Of a stretch of DNA of 64,000 nucleotides, positions 13,925 to 26,731 are shown piece by piece. Source of the stretch: Octopus vulgaris (Eukaryota); assembly GCA_951406725.2 (NCBI GenBank), contig OX597820.1:58528001-58592000 (forward strand), read 5' to 3'. Made by a program: the position numbers and the translations under genes. The notes below the pieces were generated by a model that saw nothing but the letters and a program-made list of their open reading frames with translations, had not been told where the DNA came from and searched no databases. The stretch's first letter is position 1, and each line of letters starts with the position of its first letter.

Positions 13925-15002
13925 GTGTTTATTGAGCAAAAACACCTAAAGCTCCACGAGGCTCTGACAGGGGGTGGTGGTGGTCCCTGCTGTATTCTTT
14001 CACCACAACTTTCTCTCACTCTTTCTTCTGTTGGCCAGCTCACTTAGCCAGCGGGGTGGCATCATTTGAAGGCTAAAACAATGCGAAACGCATTGTGACC
14101 AGCGATGTGTAGCAACATCTGATAGCCTGGTCGGTCACGGTGATATATATATATATATGTATATATAGATATATGTATATATATAAATCAAAACAAATCA
14201 AAATAGATGAACATCAATGGAATTTGTATCTTTGTGGTACCAGTGCCGGTGGCACACAAGAAAACCATCCGAACGTGACTGTAGCCAGTACCGCATCGAC
14301 TGGCCTCCGTGCTGTGGGTACGTAACAAACACCATCCGATCGTGGCCGTTCGCCAGCCTCATCTGGCACCTGTGTCGGTTGCACATAAAAACACCATTCG
14401 AAGACCCGGCAAGACTAGTCAGGCCATAACCTGTGGCCCCTACCTGGGACGTGGTCAGTCCACCTGTGCATACCTTCCTTCTTGTGACACTTGTGAAGAC
14501 CTGTTGAGGCAAGTGAAAATCAAAATCAAAACAAATCAAAATAGATGAACATCAATGGAATTTGTATCTTTGTGGTACCAGTGCCGGTGGCACACAAGAA
14601 AACCATCCGAACGTGGCCGTAGCCAGTACCACATCGACTGGCCTCCGTGCTGTGGGCACATAACAAACACCATCCGATCGTGGCCGTTCGCCAGCCTCAT
14701 CTGGCACCTGTGTCGGTGGCACATAATAACACCATCCGAGCGTGGCCGTCTGCCAGCCTCGTCTGGCACCTGTGTCGGTGGCACATAAAAAACACCATCC
14801 GAGCGTGGCCGTTCGCCAGCCTCATCTGGCACCTGTGTCACCCACTACACTCTCGGAGTGGTTGGCATTAGGAAGGGCATCCAGCTGTAGAAACACTGCC
14901 AGATCTGACTGGCCTGGTGCAGCCTTCGGGCTCCCCAGACCCCAGTTGAACCGTCCAACCCATGCTAGCATGGAAAGCGGACGTTAAATGATGATGATGA
15001 TG

Positions 15003-15037
<35 letters not shown>

Positions 15038-15055
15038 CATATCATCATCATCATC

Positions 15056-15109
<54 letters not shown>

Positions 15110-15111
<2 letters not shown>

Positions 15112-17503
15112 ATCAAAATAAAAACATGATGCCAAGGATTCAGCGGTACATATGTTTCGGGCCTTTATTAGACAGATTTATAACAATGCATAATGTAAGT
15201 CTGTGGCCTTCTTCAGCCGCGCACAACAGCTTCCACAAGGACATGTGTTACATAAAAAATTCTTGGTTGGGGATGCAAATCCTCTCATTCGCGTACGACA
15301 TAATGCGGCAACAGCATAGAATTGAAGCGTCCATCTCTTTCTTCTCTCAATGTAGAATGAGGAAATTTGGATGTTGAAGTAATGTAAATAAATAAATAAA
15401 TAAATACATACATATATAGACGTGAAGATGGAGGGGCGAGAATTCAGGACGAGGGATAAAAAATGTATAAAAAGTGTAAGTATAGAAAAATATAAAAATG
15501 TAGAGTATAAAGATATAAAGGGATATAAGGAGATGTAAAGGGGATATAAAGAATATAAAGAAATATAAATGAATGTAAAGGCATCTTCACGTCTATATAT
15601 GTATGTATTTATTTATTTTTATCTGGGATCTTACGCAAACCATTTTTTGTTTGGCCTATGTACTGCTCTTGACACCCGGAGCAGGTTAGTGAGTATATTA
15701 GGTTCTCCGAAGCACATGTGAAGTTGCTTTTCACTGTAAACCGTTGTCCCTGTTTGAAGGAGAACTCAGAACCCTCGATTAGATAGTCGCATATCCCGCA
15801 ATTGGGTCTTCCACATTTTTTTACTGTCGGCTTCTGTGTTGAAGAGTGAATTCGGGCTTGTGTTAGGAGACTTTTCATGGATCTAGGCTGTCTTTTGCTT
15901 TTTATGATCGTGTGTGTTTGGAGGATTGTGTTCATTCTGTGGTCTTTTTTTAGGAGGGGTATGTTGTGGAGGATGGTGCCGAAGGCTTCGTTATTGAGAG
16001 GGTTGTGTGTGGAGATGTATGGTAAGGCTTTTGGTTGTAAGTTTTTCTTTGATTTGGGATGTCTCAGTTCCTTGATGTTAAGTTGAAGGGCACGTTGAAT
16101 GCACTTGTCAATAAGTGAAGGTGGATAGTTCCTGGTGATAAGGGTATCTTTTAGTTCTTGTTGTCGTGTGTCTCTGGTGTTTGCGTTAGAGACTATAGTG
16201 CATATCCTTTTTGCTAGATTGAAGGGGATATTCATCCTGGTGTGTCTGGGGTGGCATGAATTGAATGGAAGATATTGCTTAGAGTCTGTAGGCTTATAGT
16301 ATATGTCTGTTTCTATTATATTATTAGCTTTCTTAATGAGGATATCGAGGAAGGGAAGTTGTTGCTGGCTATATTCCATCGTGAATTGGATGTTTACGTC
16401 CAGCCCGTTTAAAATTTCCTGGAATTCTATGAGTTTTTCTATATTTTTATGCCAAAGAATGAAACAGTCATCTAGATATCTCTTCCAGTTGTTTTCTATG
16501 TAGATGGAGAAAGGGCTGCCATATCTTTCTAGAACCTTACGATATAGACTGATCTCTAGGTATCCTATGACTAGGTTGGCAAAGGAGGGGCCATTCGTGT
16601 ACCCATCGCAGTCCCGATTTTTGTCGGTAGAAGTTGTCATTGAAGGCGAAGAAGTTATTTTCCAGGATGAATTTAACCCCTTCTATCACGAATTCTTTTT
16701 TGATGCGGTGTGGTAGTTCGTTGGCGTGATTCTCTAGCCAGAATTGGATTGCCTCTAGTCCTAGGTTGTGGGGGATATTGGAGTAGAGGTTGACTACATC
16801 GAAGGATACCAGTATGGTGTTTTGGTTTATAGTATTCGGTAGGTGATTGAGCGTATCTAAGTCGTCCCTTATATAGCTTTTGACATGTTTGAGGAGTGGT
16901 TTTAACAGGGTGTCTAAAAAGTTACTGAGGCGGTGGGTTTCGCATGCGGGACCTGCTATTATGGGTCTCAATTTGAGGTCATTAGGATTAGGGACTTTAA
17001 TTATTTTGTCTGTGGCTATCTTGCATGCGTTGCTTATTTTTTCACTTTTGTGGATCTTAGGTATACCGTAGAATTGGCTAGTTTTACTTGTGAAATTGGT
17101 CATATAATCATATTCTTTGTCGGTGAGCCCTGCTTTGTATGGGTTAAATATGGATTTTAGTTCCCTCATTATTTTTTGTTGACTGTAGTTTTGTGCCTTT
17201 TCATAGTATGTTGTGTCTTCCAGCATAGAAAGAACCAAAGTTATGTAAAAAGTCGTATCCATTAAGACAACAGCACTCCCTTTATCGGCCTCTTTGATTG
17301 TTATTGTTTTATCTTGTTTCAATTTGTTCAACTCAGCCCATTCTTTTTTGCTGAAGTTTGGTTTGTGTTTTTTGTTTGTGCATATGTTGATATGGGTAAT
17401 TAGATATGTGGTCACAGAAATCATCAAGTGTTTTGTTCTTACCTTTCGAGGGGGTGTAGTTACTCCTATTTCTGGCTAACGATTCGTCCTCGTTGTATTT
17501 ATC
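15110..17503 (-). mobile_element. Penelope-like retroelement (RT + GIY-YIG endonuclease), 5'-truncated, antisense in THOC1 intron
   Basis: ORFs 16537-17427 and 15609-16640: EADKGSAVV, FYGIPKIHK, LRPII, SFDVVNLYSNIP, RYLDDCF, PFLDI, YYKPTDS, NLIYSLTCSGCQEQYIGQT; (TA)n on both sides. Confidence 0.95.
15143..15220 (-). ncRNA. Type I hammerhead ribozyme at the 3' end of the Penelope-like element
   Basis: minus strand reads GCGG-CUGAAGA-aGGCC..long stem II..GGCCc-GAAAC-AUAU-GUA-CCGC: stem I GCGG/CCGC, conserved core, palindromic stem III ACAUAUGU, GUA cleavage triplet. Confidence 0.8.
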
Positions 17504-17504
17504 G

Positions 17505-17600
<96 letters not shown>

Positions 17601-17839
17601 ATATATATATCATCATCATCATCATTATCGTTTAACGTCCGTTTTCCGCGCTAGCACGGGTTGGACGGTTTGACCGGGGTCTGGGGAGCCAGGGGCTGCC
17701 CCAGGCTCCAGTCTGATCTGGCAGTGTTTCTACAGCTGGATGCCCTTCCTAACGCCAACCACTCCGCGAGTGTAGTGGGTGCTTTTTACGTGCCGCCTGC
17801 ACAGGTGCCAGAGGGGTCTGGCATCGGCCACGATCGGTT

Positions 17840-18882
17840 ATTGCCTTTTTTCGTTGCATTGCGGCAGGGGGAGGGTTCCGGCAGAGAAAAGAGAGGGAGA
17901 GAGAGAAGGGGGTGCATGTAATATAGGGGAGCACCAGTGGGGAAGGTTTGGGGTAAAGAGAAACGATGACAGGTAGGGTTGGTGGCAGGTTCTAGACAGA
18001 ATGAAAAGTAGGAAGTAAAACGTAGGATATCACGAGTGGGGGAGGGGCCTGGAAGGAGATAACCGGTTGAGGCAGTGACACATTTCAAAACAGGAGGAAC
18101 ATAAGATAACAGGTTAAGTGGGACGTTTGATGAGCTGCGGCGCTAGCTGCTTCTGTCCAGGGGGAGAGAGGCAGGGGTAAATACATAGTGAGAAAGTATA
18201 TTGAGGAGGAGGGGTAGGAGGAACAGACACACATAGTGGTGGCGGTGGTAGAGGGGATATCCGGTGAGGATGGTGTAAACAGAGTGTCCTCCGGTATGGG
18301 TGGTGGGGGTGGGAGGGCGGGCGAACCACGAATGGCGGGCTGCGAAGATTTTGATTGGGGACAGTAGTGATAAAGACTTAAGCAATCGGGGTTTGAAGAA
18401 ATGAACAGAGTAATGAACGAATTAACTTGGTACCGAGGGGTTAAACAAATTAAAGGGTTATATTTTAAGAACAAGCAGAATTAGTGAATAGATTCGAACA
18501 TTTAAGGGTTAGCGGCAAATGTATGTGTGTAGTACAAGAGTCGGAAGAAATGAAATGAGAATTCTTAGCTTGCTTGCTATGATCATCACTGTGTGGTCAA
18601 GAAAGGATGAATGAAAGAGAAGCACACGAGGTGATTATTTATATAGGTTCACCGGAAGTGGGTTGGAAAGATGGAAGTTTTGATTGAAGACAGGACAGGA
18701 CAGTACAGTAATGGCGGAGGACGAACGAAATATCTTCATACCGAGGCATTTTTAAAAAATTAAAGAATTTTGAGGAGGAAAGATCACGCAGGTTAGCGAA
18801 TGGTGGGCTGCGAAGATTTTGATTGGGGACAGTAGTGATAAAGACTTAAGCAATCGGGGTTTGAAGAAATGAACAGAGTAAC
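17840..18882 (-). mobile_element. Unclassified retroelement-like fragment with an ~85-bp direct duplication
   Basis: 18330-18415 repeated at 18798-18882; purine-skewed; ends in (TA)n. Confidence 0.4.
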
Positions 18883-18883
18883 G

Positions 18884-18939
<56 letters not shown>

Positions 18940-18944
<5 letters not shown>

Positions 18945-19245
18945 CGTGACCGACCAGGCTATCAGATGTTGCTACACATCGCTGGTCACAATGCGTTTCG
19001 CATTGTTTTAGCCTTCAAATGATGCCACCCCGCTGGCTAAGTGAGCTGGCCAACAGAAGAAAGAGTGAGAGAAAGTTGTGGTGAAAGAATACAGCAGGGA
19101 CCACCACCACCACCCCTTGTCAGAGCCTCGTGTAGCTTTAGGTGTTTTTGCTCAATAAACACTTACAACGCCCGGTCTGGGAATTGAAACCACAATCCTA
19201 CGACTGCGAGTCCACTGCCCTAACCACTGGGCCATTGCGCCTCCA
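18940..19245 (-). mobile_element. tRNA-derived SINE (headless inverted copy at 13925-14142)
   Basis: minus-strand head ggaggcgcaatggcccagtggttagggcag...ggtttcaattccc; body is the reverse complement of 13925-14142. Confidence 0.85.
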
Positions 19246-21657
19246 CACACACATATATATATATATATATATTGTACTGTTCCATAATAGGTGAAGTCAA
19301 CAAACGAAACATTTCTCAATCCAGTGGGAAGTAAATATACAGAGGATATTAAACTACTACTATTTTCTTCATGCCTCAGAAAATACAATAGTCAGACAAG
19401 CTATACAAGTTTGTCCAGTCATTGTGTTTTTTTGAGACATGAAACGAATAGTAGCTCACATTTAAATCCTATGTATATTAAATGACATATCTTTATATAT
19501 ACACACTCACACACAGCTTTCTTTGTGAGTAGTTCTGTATTAATTTTTAACAGTTTGAATGACTAGACAAATCAGTGACTCACTGATCTATTGTTCCAAG
19601 TAGGCCATACATCTGCAGGTCACACCTACATGTATTATTTAATCATTTTTAATGGTTTTCAGATTTGACACTTTTTATTCTCCTTAAAACTTCCTGTATC
19701 ATTGATATTTAACCCACTTTTCTGGATATCAATATAGGGCAGGGGACATAAGGAAGCTAAAAAATTTAAAGCGTGTGTATGTGTGGCACATAAAAAGCGC
19801 CCAGCACACTCTGTAAGATGGTTGGCATTAGGAAGAGCATCCAGCTGTTGAAACGTTGCCACAGCAGACAATTTGAAGTCTGGACAGCTCCTGTCAAATT
19901 GTTCAACCCTTGTCAACATGAAAAAGGAATGTTAAATGATGATGATATATAGGTACGACTGTGTGGTAAGAAGCTTGCTTCTCAACTACATGGTTCCAGG
20001 TTCAGTCCCAATGCATGGTACTTTGGGGAAGTGTCTTCTACTATAGCCTCAGGCCAACCAAAGCCTTGTGAGTGGATTTGGTAGACAGAAAACTGAAAGC
20101 AGCCTGTCAAATGTTTGTGTGTGTGTGTGTGTTTATGTCTGTGTTTGTCCCCCTATCACTTCTTGACAGCTGGTGTTGGTGTGTTTACATCCCTGCAACT
20201 TAGCAGCTTAGCAAAAGAGACTGATAGAATAAGTACTGGGTTTTAAAAAATAAGTCCTGCAAGGTAGTGCTCCAGCATAGCAGCAGTCAAATGACTGAAA
20301 CAAGTAAAAGAATAAAAGAATATACACACACACACACATGCACACCAAATGAAAGGATAACTGACTGGGAAAGTATAGCAGTTACTGGTTTAAGCCATTG
20401 TAGTTTAGTTAGTTTTCTTAATCTAATTAAATTACTGTATATATTGAGATTATAAGCTGAAGTTTTTGTAATAACCATCTCTTAAAGATACAAAAGAGAA
20501 TGAAAAAATAGGGCCTTATATTTGGGCCCTTAAAAGTTTCTATTTTTCTTCAAGACTAGTAAGAACTTTGTAAGGAACCAAATATGCAGTGACCCCATAT
20601 TCCATAACTTGTTTTTTACTTTATTTGTGTGTGTGTGTGTGTGTGTGGTGATGGTGGTGGTAGGAGGGGAGTATTTGCAAAAGGGGGAAAATTAAAATAA
20701 TGCTTCACATGCAGATGCCGCTGTATGGTTAAGAAGCTTGCTTCCCAACCATGTGGTCACAGGTTCAGTCCCATTGCATAATATTTTGGGCAATTACTTT
20801 CTACCATAGTCCTGGGCCAACTAAATCCTTATAAGTGGTAATTTTGTTGGTGGAAACTGAAGAAAGCCCATCATGTATAATACATCACCATCCGAACGTG
20901 GCCAATGCCAGCGCTGCCTTGACTGGCTTCTGTGCCGGTAGCACGTAAAAAGCACCATCCGAACGTGGCCGATGCCAGCGCCGCCTTGACTGGCTTCTGT
21001 GCTGGTGGCACGTAAAAAGCACCAACCGATCGTGTCTGCTGCCAGCCTCCCCTGGCATGTAAAAAGCACCCACTACACTCACGGAGTGGTTGGTGTTAGG
21101 AAGGGCATCCAGCTGGAGCCTGGTGCAGCCTCCTGGCTTCCCAGACCCCAGTCAAACCGTCCAACCCGTGCTAGCACGGAAAACGAACATTAAACGATGA
21201 TGATGATATATATGTATATATATATATATATGTACATGGCATTAGGAAAGGCAGCCAGCCATAGAAATCATGCCACGACAGACAGTTGGAGTCTGGACCG
21301 CTTCCTGCTCACCATCTCCATGTCAAATCATCCAACTGATGCCAGCATGGAAAGAGGACATTAAACGATGATGATGATGCATATGTATGAATGTGTGTGT
21401 GTATAAAAATATTTGTGTTTATGTGTGTCCTTGTCTAGATATCATGATTGTTGTAAATAGGCATCATTGTCATACAAATGAGGTTGTTCATTTCCAGTTT
21501 TCCGTGGGAGACATGTCTAGCTATAGGAAAATATTGTTTTGCTTGGAAACGGGAGAGGGTTGGCAATGGGAAAAGCATCCAGTGTAGAAATTATGACTCA
21601 ACGAATTCCATATGACCCATGCAAGTATGGAAAAGTGGATGTTAAGTTACAATGGTA

Positions 21658-22222
21658 TTGGGTTGTCCAGAAAGTTTGTGCTGATTTTTAAAGGAAAGAA
21701 AACGGTCAATAAATACTTGCCATTACATTTTCAATCAACCAAATATGAACCATTTTGTTGCACAATGCATCTCCATCTTTCCTTTAACTTGAAAATACCC
21801 TCTTCCCAGAATTGAGGTGGTTTCATGGTAAAGAATTCATCAAGGTATCTTTTTACGTCATCCAAGGAATTGAAATTTTTACCATTAAGACTATTCTGCA
21901 GAGACCTGAATAAGTGGAAATCCGAAGGAGCAATATTTGGTGAATATTGAGGGTGGGATAATACATCCCAGCTGAGCTGCAGCAATTTTTGTCTGGTTTT
22001 CAAAGCATCAAGTGCCGAAAATGAACTTTCTTATCTTCCATTTTAAAGGGTTACAGAATTAACACAGGTTATAGGAAGATAAACCTTCTTCCATGAAAAG
22101 ATAGTTTAAACTGTGCTCTAAATAGGGTGTAGTCAAATCCTATTTTATGGACTCAACCATGTTCTAAAATAAGTCGAAAGGTAAGCTGATATAAATCGGC
22201 ACGAACTTTCCGGACAACCCAA
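21658..22222 (-). mobile_element. Internally deleted mariner element
   Basis: TIRs ttgggttgtccagaaag / ctttccggacaacccaa, TA duplications; HPQYSPNIAPSDFHLFRSLQN motif. Confidence 0.92.
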
Positions 22223-22250
22223 TAGTTTACAACCATTTATGATACTTAAT

Positions 22251-22478
22251 TTAACCCTTTAGCATTCAGATTATTCTGTCAAATGAAATGCTTATCTATT
22301 CACATTGCTTTGAATTAATTGTGAATTATCTCATAGTTTTGAGATTTCAGTGATATGATTGTTTACTTTTAGAATGACAATGTAGGGTAGATGTAAGAGG
22401 CTGGACCTGGCCAGTTTGAACAATAAATACCGATAGAATATTTGGGCCAGATATGGCCAGTTTGAATGCTAAATTGTT
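22251..22478. mobile_element. piggyBac-type MITE (related copies ~5238-5425, ~33906-34120, ~50847-51072)
   Basis: TTAA-ccctttagcattca ... tgaatgctaaa termini, shared body ttttagaatga..gtagggtag. Confidence 0.65.
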
Positions 22479-22548
22479 ATGGTCTGTTTAGAAATACATT
22501 ATCTTATTTGTTATCTAATTACTACCTGCAAATTAATTTATTTGGCAG

Positions 22549-22649
22549 CATATATTAAGACGTGAAGAGAACTGGAATGCCTGGAAAAATGAAGGTTGTC
22601 CTCTATTTGAACGTCATGGTGGTGCTGGTGATATAAGGTCTAAAAATAA
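22549..22649 (+). CDS. THOC1: THOC1 exon: HILRREENWNAWKNEGCPLFERHGGAGDIRSKN
   Basis: tttggcag acceptor, gtaagt donor; conserved EENWNxWKNEGCP; phase 0-2. Confidence 0.96.
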
Positions 22650-24379
22650 GTAAGTTTATGTTTACTCTATGTATTACTTCTACATTGTAACTATGTTGTG
22701 CTAGGAGCCATTGTCGCACAAGCTTTTGAAACCTTTGCCTGCTTTGCATATTAATGAGTTTTCAGTTTTCTTTCTGTTTCAAAATTTACTTGTATTACAT
22801 GGGTTTAATTTTACTTTACTATATCTGCTGCATATAATGGTTTTGTGTATGTGTGTGTATGTATATATATATAAAGGTACAGGCATGACTGTGTTGCTAA
22901 GAAGCTTATTTCCCATTCATGTGGCCTTAGGGTCACTGCCACTGTACAGTACCTTGGACAAATGTCTTCTGCTATAGCTCCAGGCTGACCAAAGCCTGTG
23001 AGTGAATTTTGGTGTATGTATCTGTGAGTGAATTTTGGTGTATGTGTCTGTGTGTGTGCACGCACATGCGTACTCTTGTCTTGACATCATGTGATGATTG
23101 TAAACAAACATCACCATCATACAAGTGATGTTGTTTGTATCTGTCTTCCATGGAGAAATATTACCTTATTTCTTAAGCATAAGCATTGGCAACAGGAAAG
23201 GGCATCTGGCCATAGAAAATCTACCTCAGTGAATTCTATCTGTTCTATGCAAGATGGGGAAGTGGACATTGAATGATGATGTGGTACTAAGATTACAAAT
23301 ATTTCAAAATTACACAGATATGACTGGTAAACAGACATAGAAGTATTGTTTCAAGAGTTTCATTTAATTTTCTACTACATCTTCCAACTGCATATCTGTG
23401 TTCCTGAGATGTGTATAGCATTACGTTTTGGAGATGTAGATTTGTGTTAGTATATTACATCAATTTGCATTGCTCGTGCTAGTGGCACATAAAAAGCACC
23501 TTTCAAGCATTGGACCTCACGGAGGCAATGTGGCTGATGCTGGTATTGTGTAACCAGCAATTTTCAGTGTTGGGCCTCACAGAAGCAATGTGGCTGTTGC
23601 TGGTGTCATGTGACTTGCACCTGTGCTGGTGGCACGTAAAAAGTGCTTTTCAAGCATTGGGCCTCATGACAAATGCCTGAGACCTTTGGAAATATGCTGT
23701 GCTTGAGAAGACCTATCAAGCCAAGTGCAATCATAGTCATGGCAGATACTGGTGTCACGCAACTGGCACCCATGCCGGTGGCACATAAAAACACCCACTA
23801 CTTCTTGGAGTGGTTGGTACTAGGAAGGGCATCCAGCCATAGAAACCATGCCAAATCAGACTGGAATCTGTTGCGGCCTCTCAGCTTACCAACCCTGGTC
23901 AAAACCGTCCAACCCATGCCAGCATAGACAATGGATGCTAAATGATGATGATGATAATGGGGATTAGTTTGTTGTTTCTGGTGTTATTTCAGTGTTTACT
24001 CTGTCATGTACAGTATGTGCAGAGTGTGTTGTGTTGTTTTGTTTGGTGATTAAGTTTCATATCTACTGTTGATTGGTGTTATGTGTTATGCTGACAGATG
24101 GTTATTATGTATAGTTTGTGTGGAATTAATGAACTGTGACTGTGTAGAAAGTGAAGTCTGCGGTTGTTAGTGTTGTAATGTCAGGTATTAGTTATGTAGG
24201 AGTCTGTGTGTTGTCATGTTGTTAGGTGGAGATCATGTATAGTACATGTTTTGTTCTGTATGTAGCATGTGTGGTTAGGTGTGTGCTGTGTGCAGAGAGT
24301 GTTCTATTTCAAGTTGTACTATTGAGCTGAAAATGTGTTGCACAGATTGTGTTCTGTACCTAACAGAGCCACTTTTTGA

Positions 24380-25000
24380 ACTCTGTGTAACACACAATCC
24401 AAAGTTTTGGTATGGCTTGTATGTTTTTGCCCACATTGCTTTTTATCATATCCAGTGTTATAACTGTCACTCTTGCTTGCTTCTATTTCAAGATCCTTGT
24501 ATTTACATAGTTTCTCTACCTCTTCCCATGCAATGTTTTAGCCAAAGGGGGACTGCAATGTCTATCAGTGTGTTCATATTTTCTTTCCAGTCCTTCATTA
24601 TTAATTTTAAACAGTTTGCCTTGATTTCCTTGTCACTTTGAATGGACACATCCAAAATGATTAGAACTAGGTTATTGTCATGTGCCATGTTTGGTTCATA
24701 TCTTATACCCTTTCTTGTCTGTTTTCATTGAAGTGCTGGCATATTGTTCAGTCAACATTGCTACCAAATCTATCATATCTGTGTTTATATATTCACATTT
24801 TGTAAGGAATTGGTAGATGGACACATGTTTGGCCATCTCATTGCACTATAATTTGTGCATAACATTAGCAACTTCTTTTACTCTTTTATCTTTGTAGTTG
24901 TTTGTGGCTAAACTTGGTCTTCTGTAGCTAACATCAAACCTTCTGTGTTTGCTTTTTGCCTCAACTTTTTGAGCCTTGTTGGTTTTTCACTCTGTCAAGC
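24380..25000 (-). mobile_element. Relic of a restriction-like-endonuclease non-LTR element (R4/NeSL type)
   Basis: decayed LIDIAVP motif in ORF 24503-24688; heavily mutated. Confidence 0.45.
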
Positions 25001-26731
25001 CTTCCAAGATATTAGCCCTGGAGTGAATTTTCTCACCAATTTTTTCCTTCAGTCATCATCATCATCATCGTTTAATGTCCGCTTTCCATACTGGCATGGG
25101 TTAGACAGTTTGACTGGCAACTGGCGAGCCAGATGGCTGCACCAGGCTCCAATCTGATCTGGCAGAGCTTCTACAGCTGGATGTCCTTCCTAATGCCAAC
25201 CACTCCGAGAGTGTAGTGGGTGCTTTTACATGCCACCTGCATGAGGGCCTGTCAGGCAGTACTGGCAACGACCACACTCAAATGGTAATTTTTACGTGCC
25301 ACCTGCACAGGAGCCAGGCCAGTAGCACTTACAACGACCTCGCTCGAATGTTGTTTTTCACGTGCCTCTGGCACAAGTGCCATTAAAGCGACACTGGTGA
25401 CAATCACGCTCAAATGGTGCTTTTTACGTACCACCGACCGGGGGCCAATCAGTGGCCCTAGCAACGATCACGCTCGGATGGTGCTCTTACTGCTCCACTA
25501 GCATGGATGCCAGTCTTGCGGTGCTGTCATTGAATTTGTTTTGAAAATCTGTTTTGAATTTCTCAATTATATTTTCTGTACACTTCAGCTGTATTTTAGC
25601 TGAAATGGATAGCATATAATAATAATAAAAATAATAATAATTGCAGTAGCTAATGTATTTATGCCCACAATACTTGATGACATATAAGACACTTTTTTTT
25701 ATCCAAAAATGTTTAAAAAATAATTGGTCCAGGTGCTATATGCAAAATTAGGCTCCCTATAAGCTAATTTTGTCTAAAAACTTTTTTCCTGAATGTGTGT
25801 TGTTGATAGTGGGGTACATCTTTTATGTCATCAAAAACAGTCCTTTTCCAAAACAGAACACACTACCAGAAATAAGATAGTAAGATATAAATATGCCACC
25901 ATTCCTGTTATTGGCAGACTCATTAAAGAATATTAATTGTACTAGCTCTTTACATTCTAATTTCAAATACTACCAATTTCAACTTGTCCTTGATCCTTCT
26001 AGAATCAATAAAATAATGTGTCAGTTACTGGGGTCAGTATAATCCATTGTTCCTCTTCCTCCGAATTCTTTTTGCCTTTGTTAGAAACTATCAATGCAGT
26101 GAGCTGGTAGAATTGCTAGGGTGTCTGTAAAAAAATGCCTTGCTGTATTTCTGCTGATTCTTTATGTTCTGAGTTCAAATCTCACCAAGGTCAACTTTGC
26201 TTTTCTTCCCTCTGAAATCAATAAAACAAGTCAAGTACTGGGGTTGATGATATCAACAATCCCTACCCCTGAGGTTGTAGGCTTATGCCTAAATTTGAAA
26301 TAGTTGTTGTTGTTGTTGTTAATCAAATATAGGTGTTAATTTAATCCTCTAACCCACTCCTTTGTGACTGAAAAAATTCATTATTATTATGATTTCTTAC
26401 AAAGGCACAGGGGAAAGCAGTGGATTGATAGACTCAAATAAGCACCAGACAAACTGCCTAGTGCTGTTTGTTCTGGCCTTTTATTTTCTGAGTTTGAATT
26501 TTCTTTTATTGGTGCCACCGCCATCGTCATCGTTGTTATTATTGGTAAAGTGTTGAGCTGGCAAAATTGTTAGCATGCCAAACAAAATACTTAGTAGCAT
26601 TTCATCTGTCTTTACATTCTGAGTTCAAATTCTGCTGAGGTCAACTTTGCATTTCATCCTTTCACGAGTCCATAAAATAAGCACCATTTGAACACTGAAG
26701 CTATTGTAATTGACTTGATCTTCTACAAATA

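Noticed and set aside
13614-14047. YI/TH-repeat ORFs (also ~14988, 17428, 32787, 41824, 47229)
   Set aside because: Artefacts of (TA)n/(CA)n microsatellites
19170-19245. tRNA gene-like sequence
   Set aside because: tRNA-derived SINE head continuing into a SINE body; no complete cloverleaf
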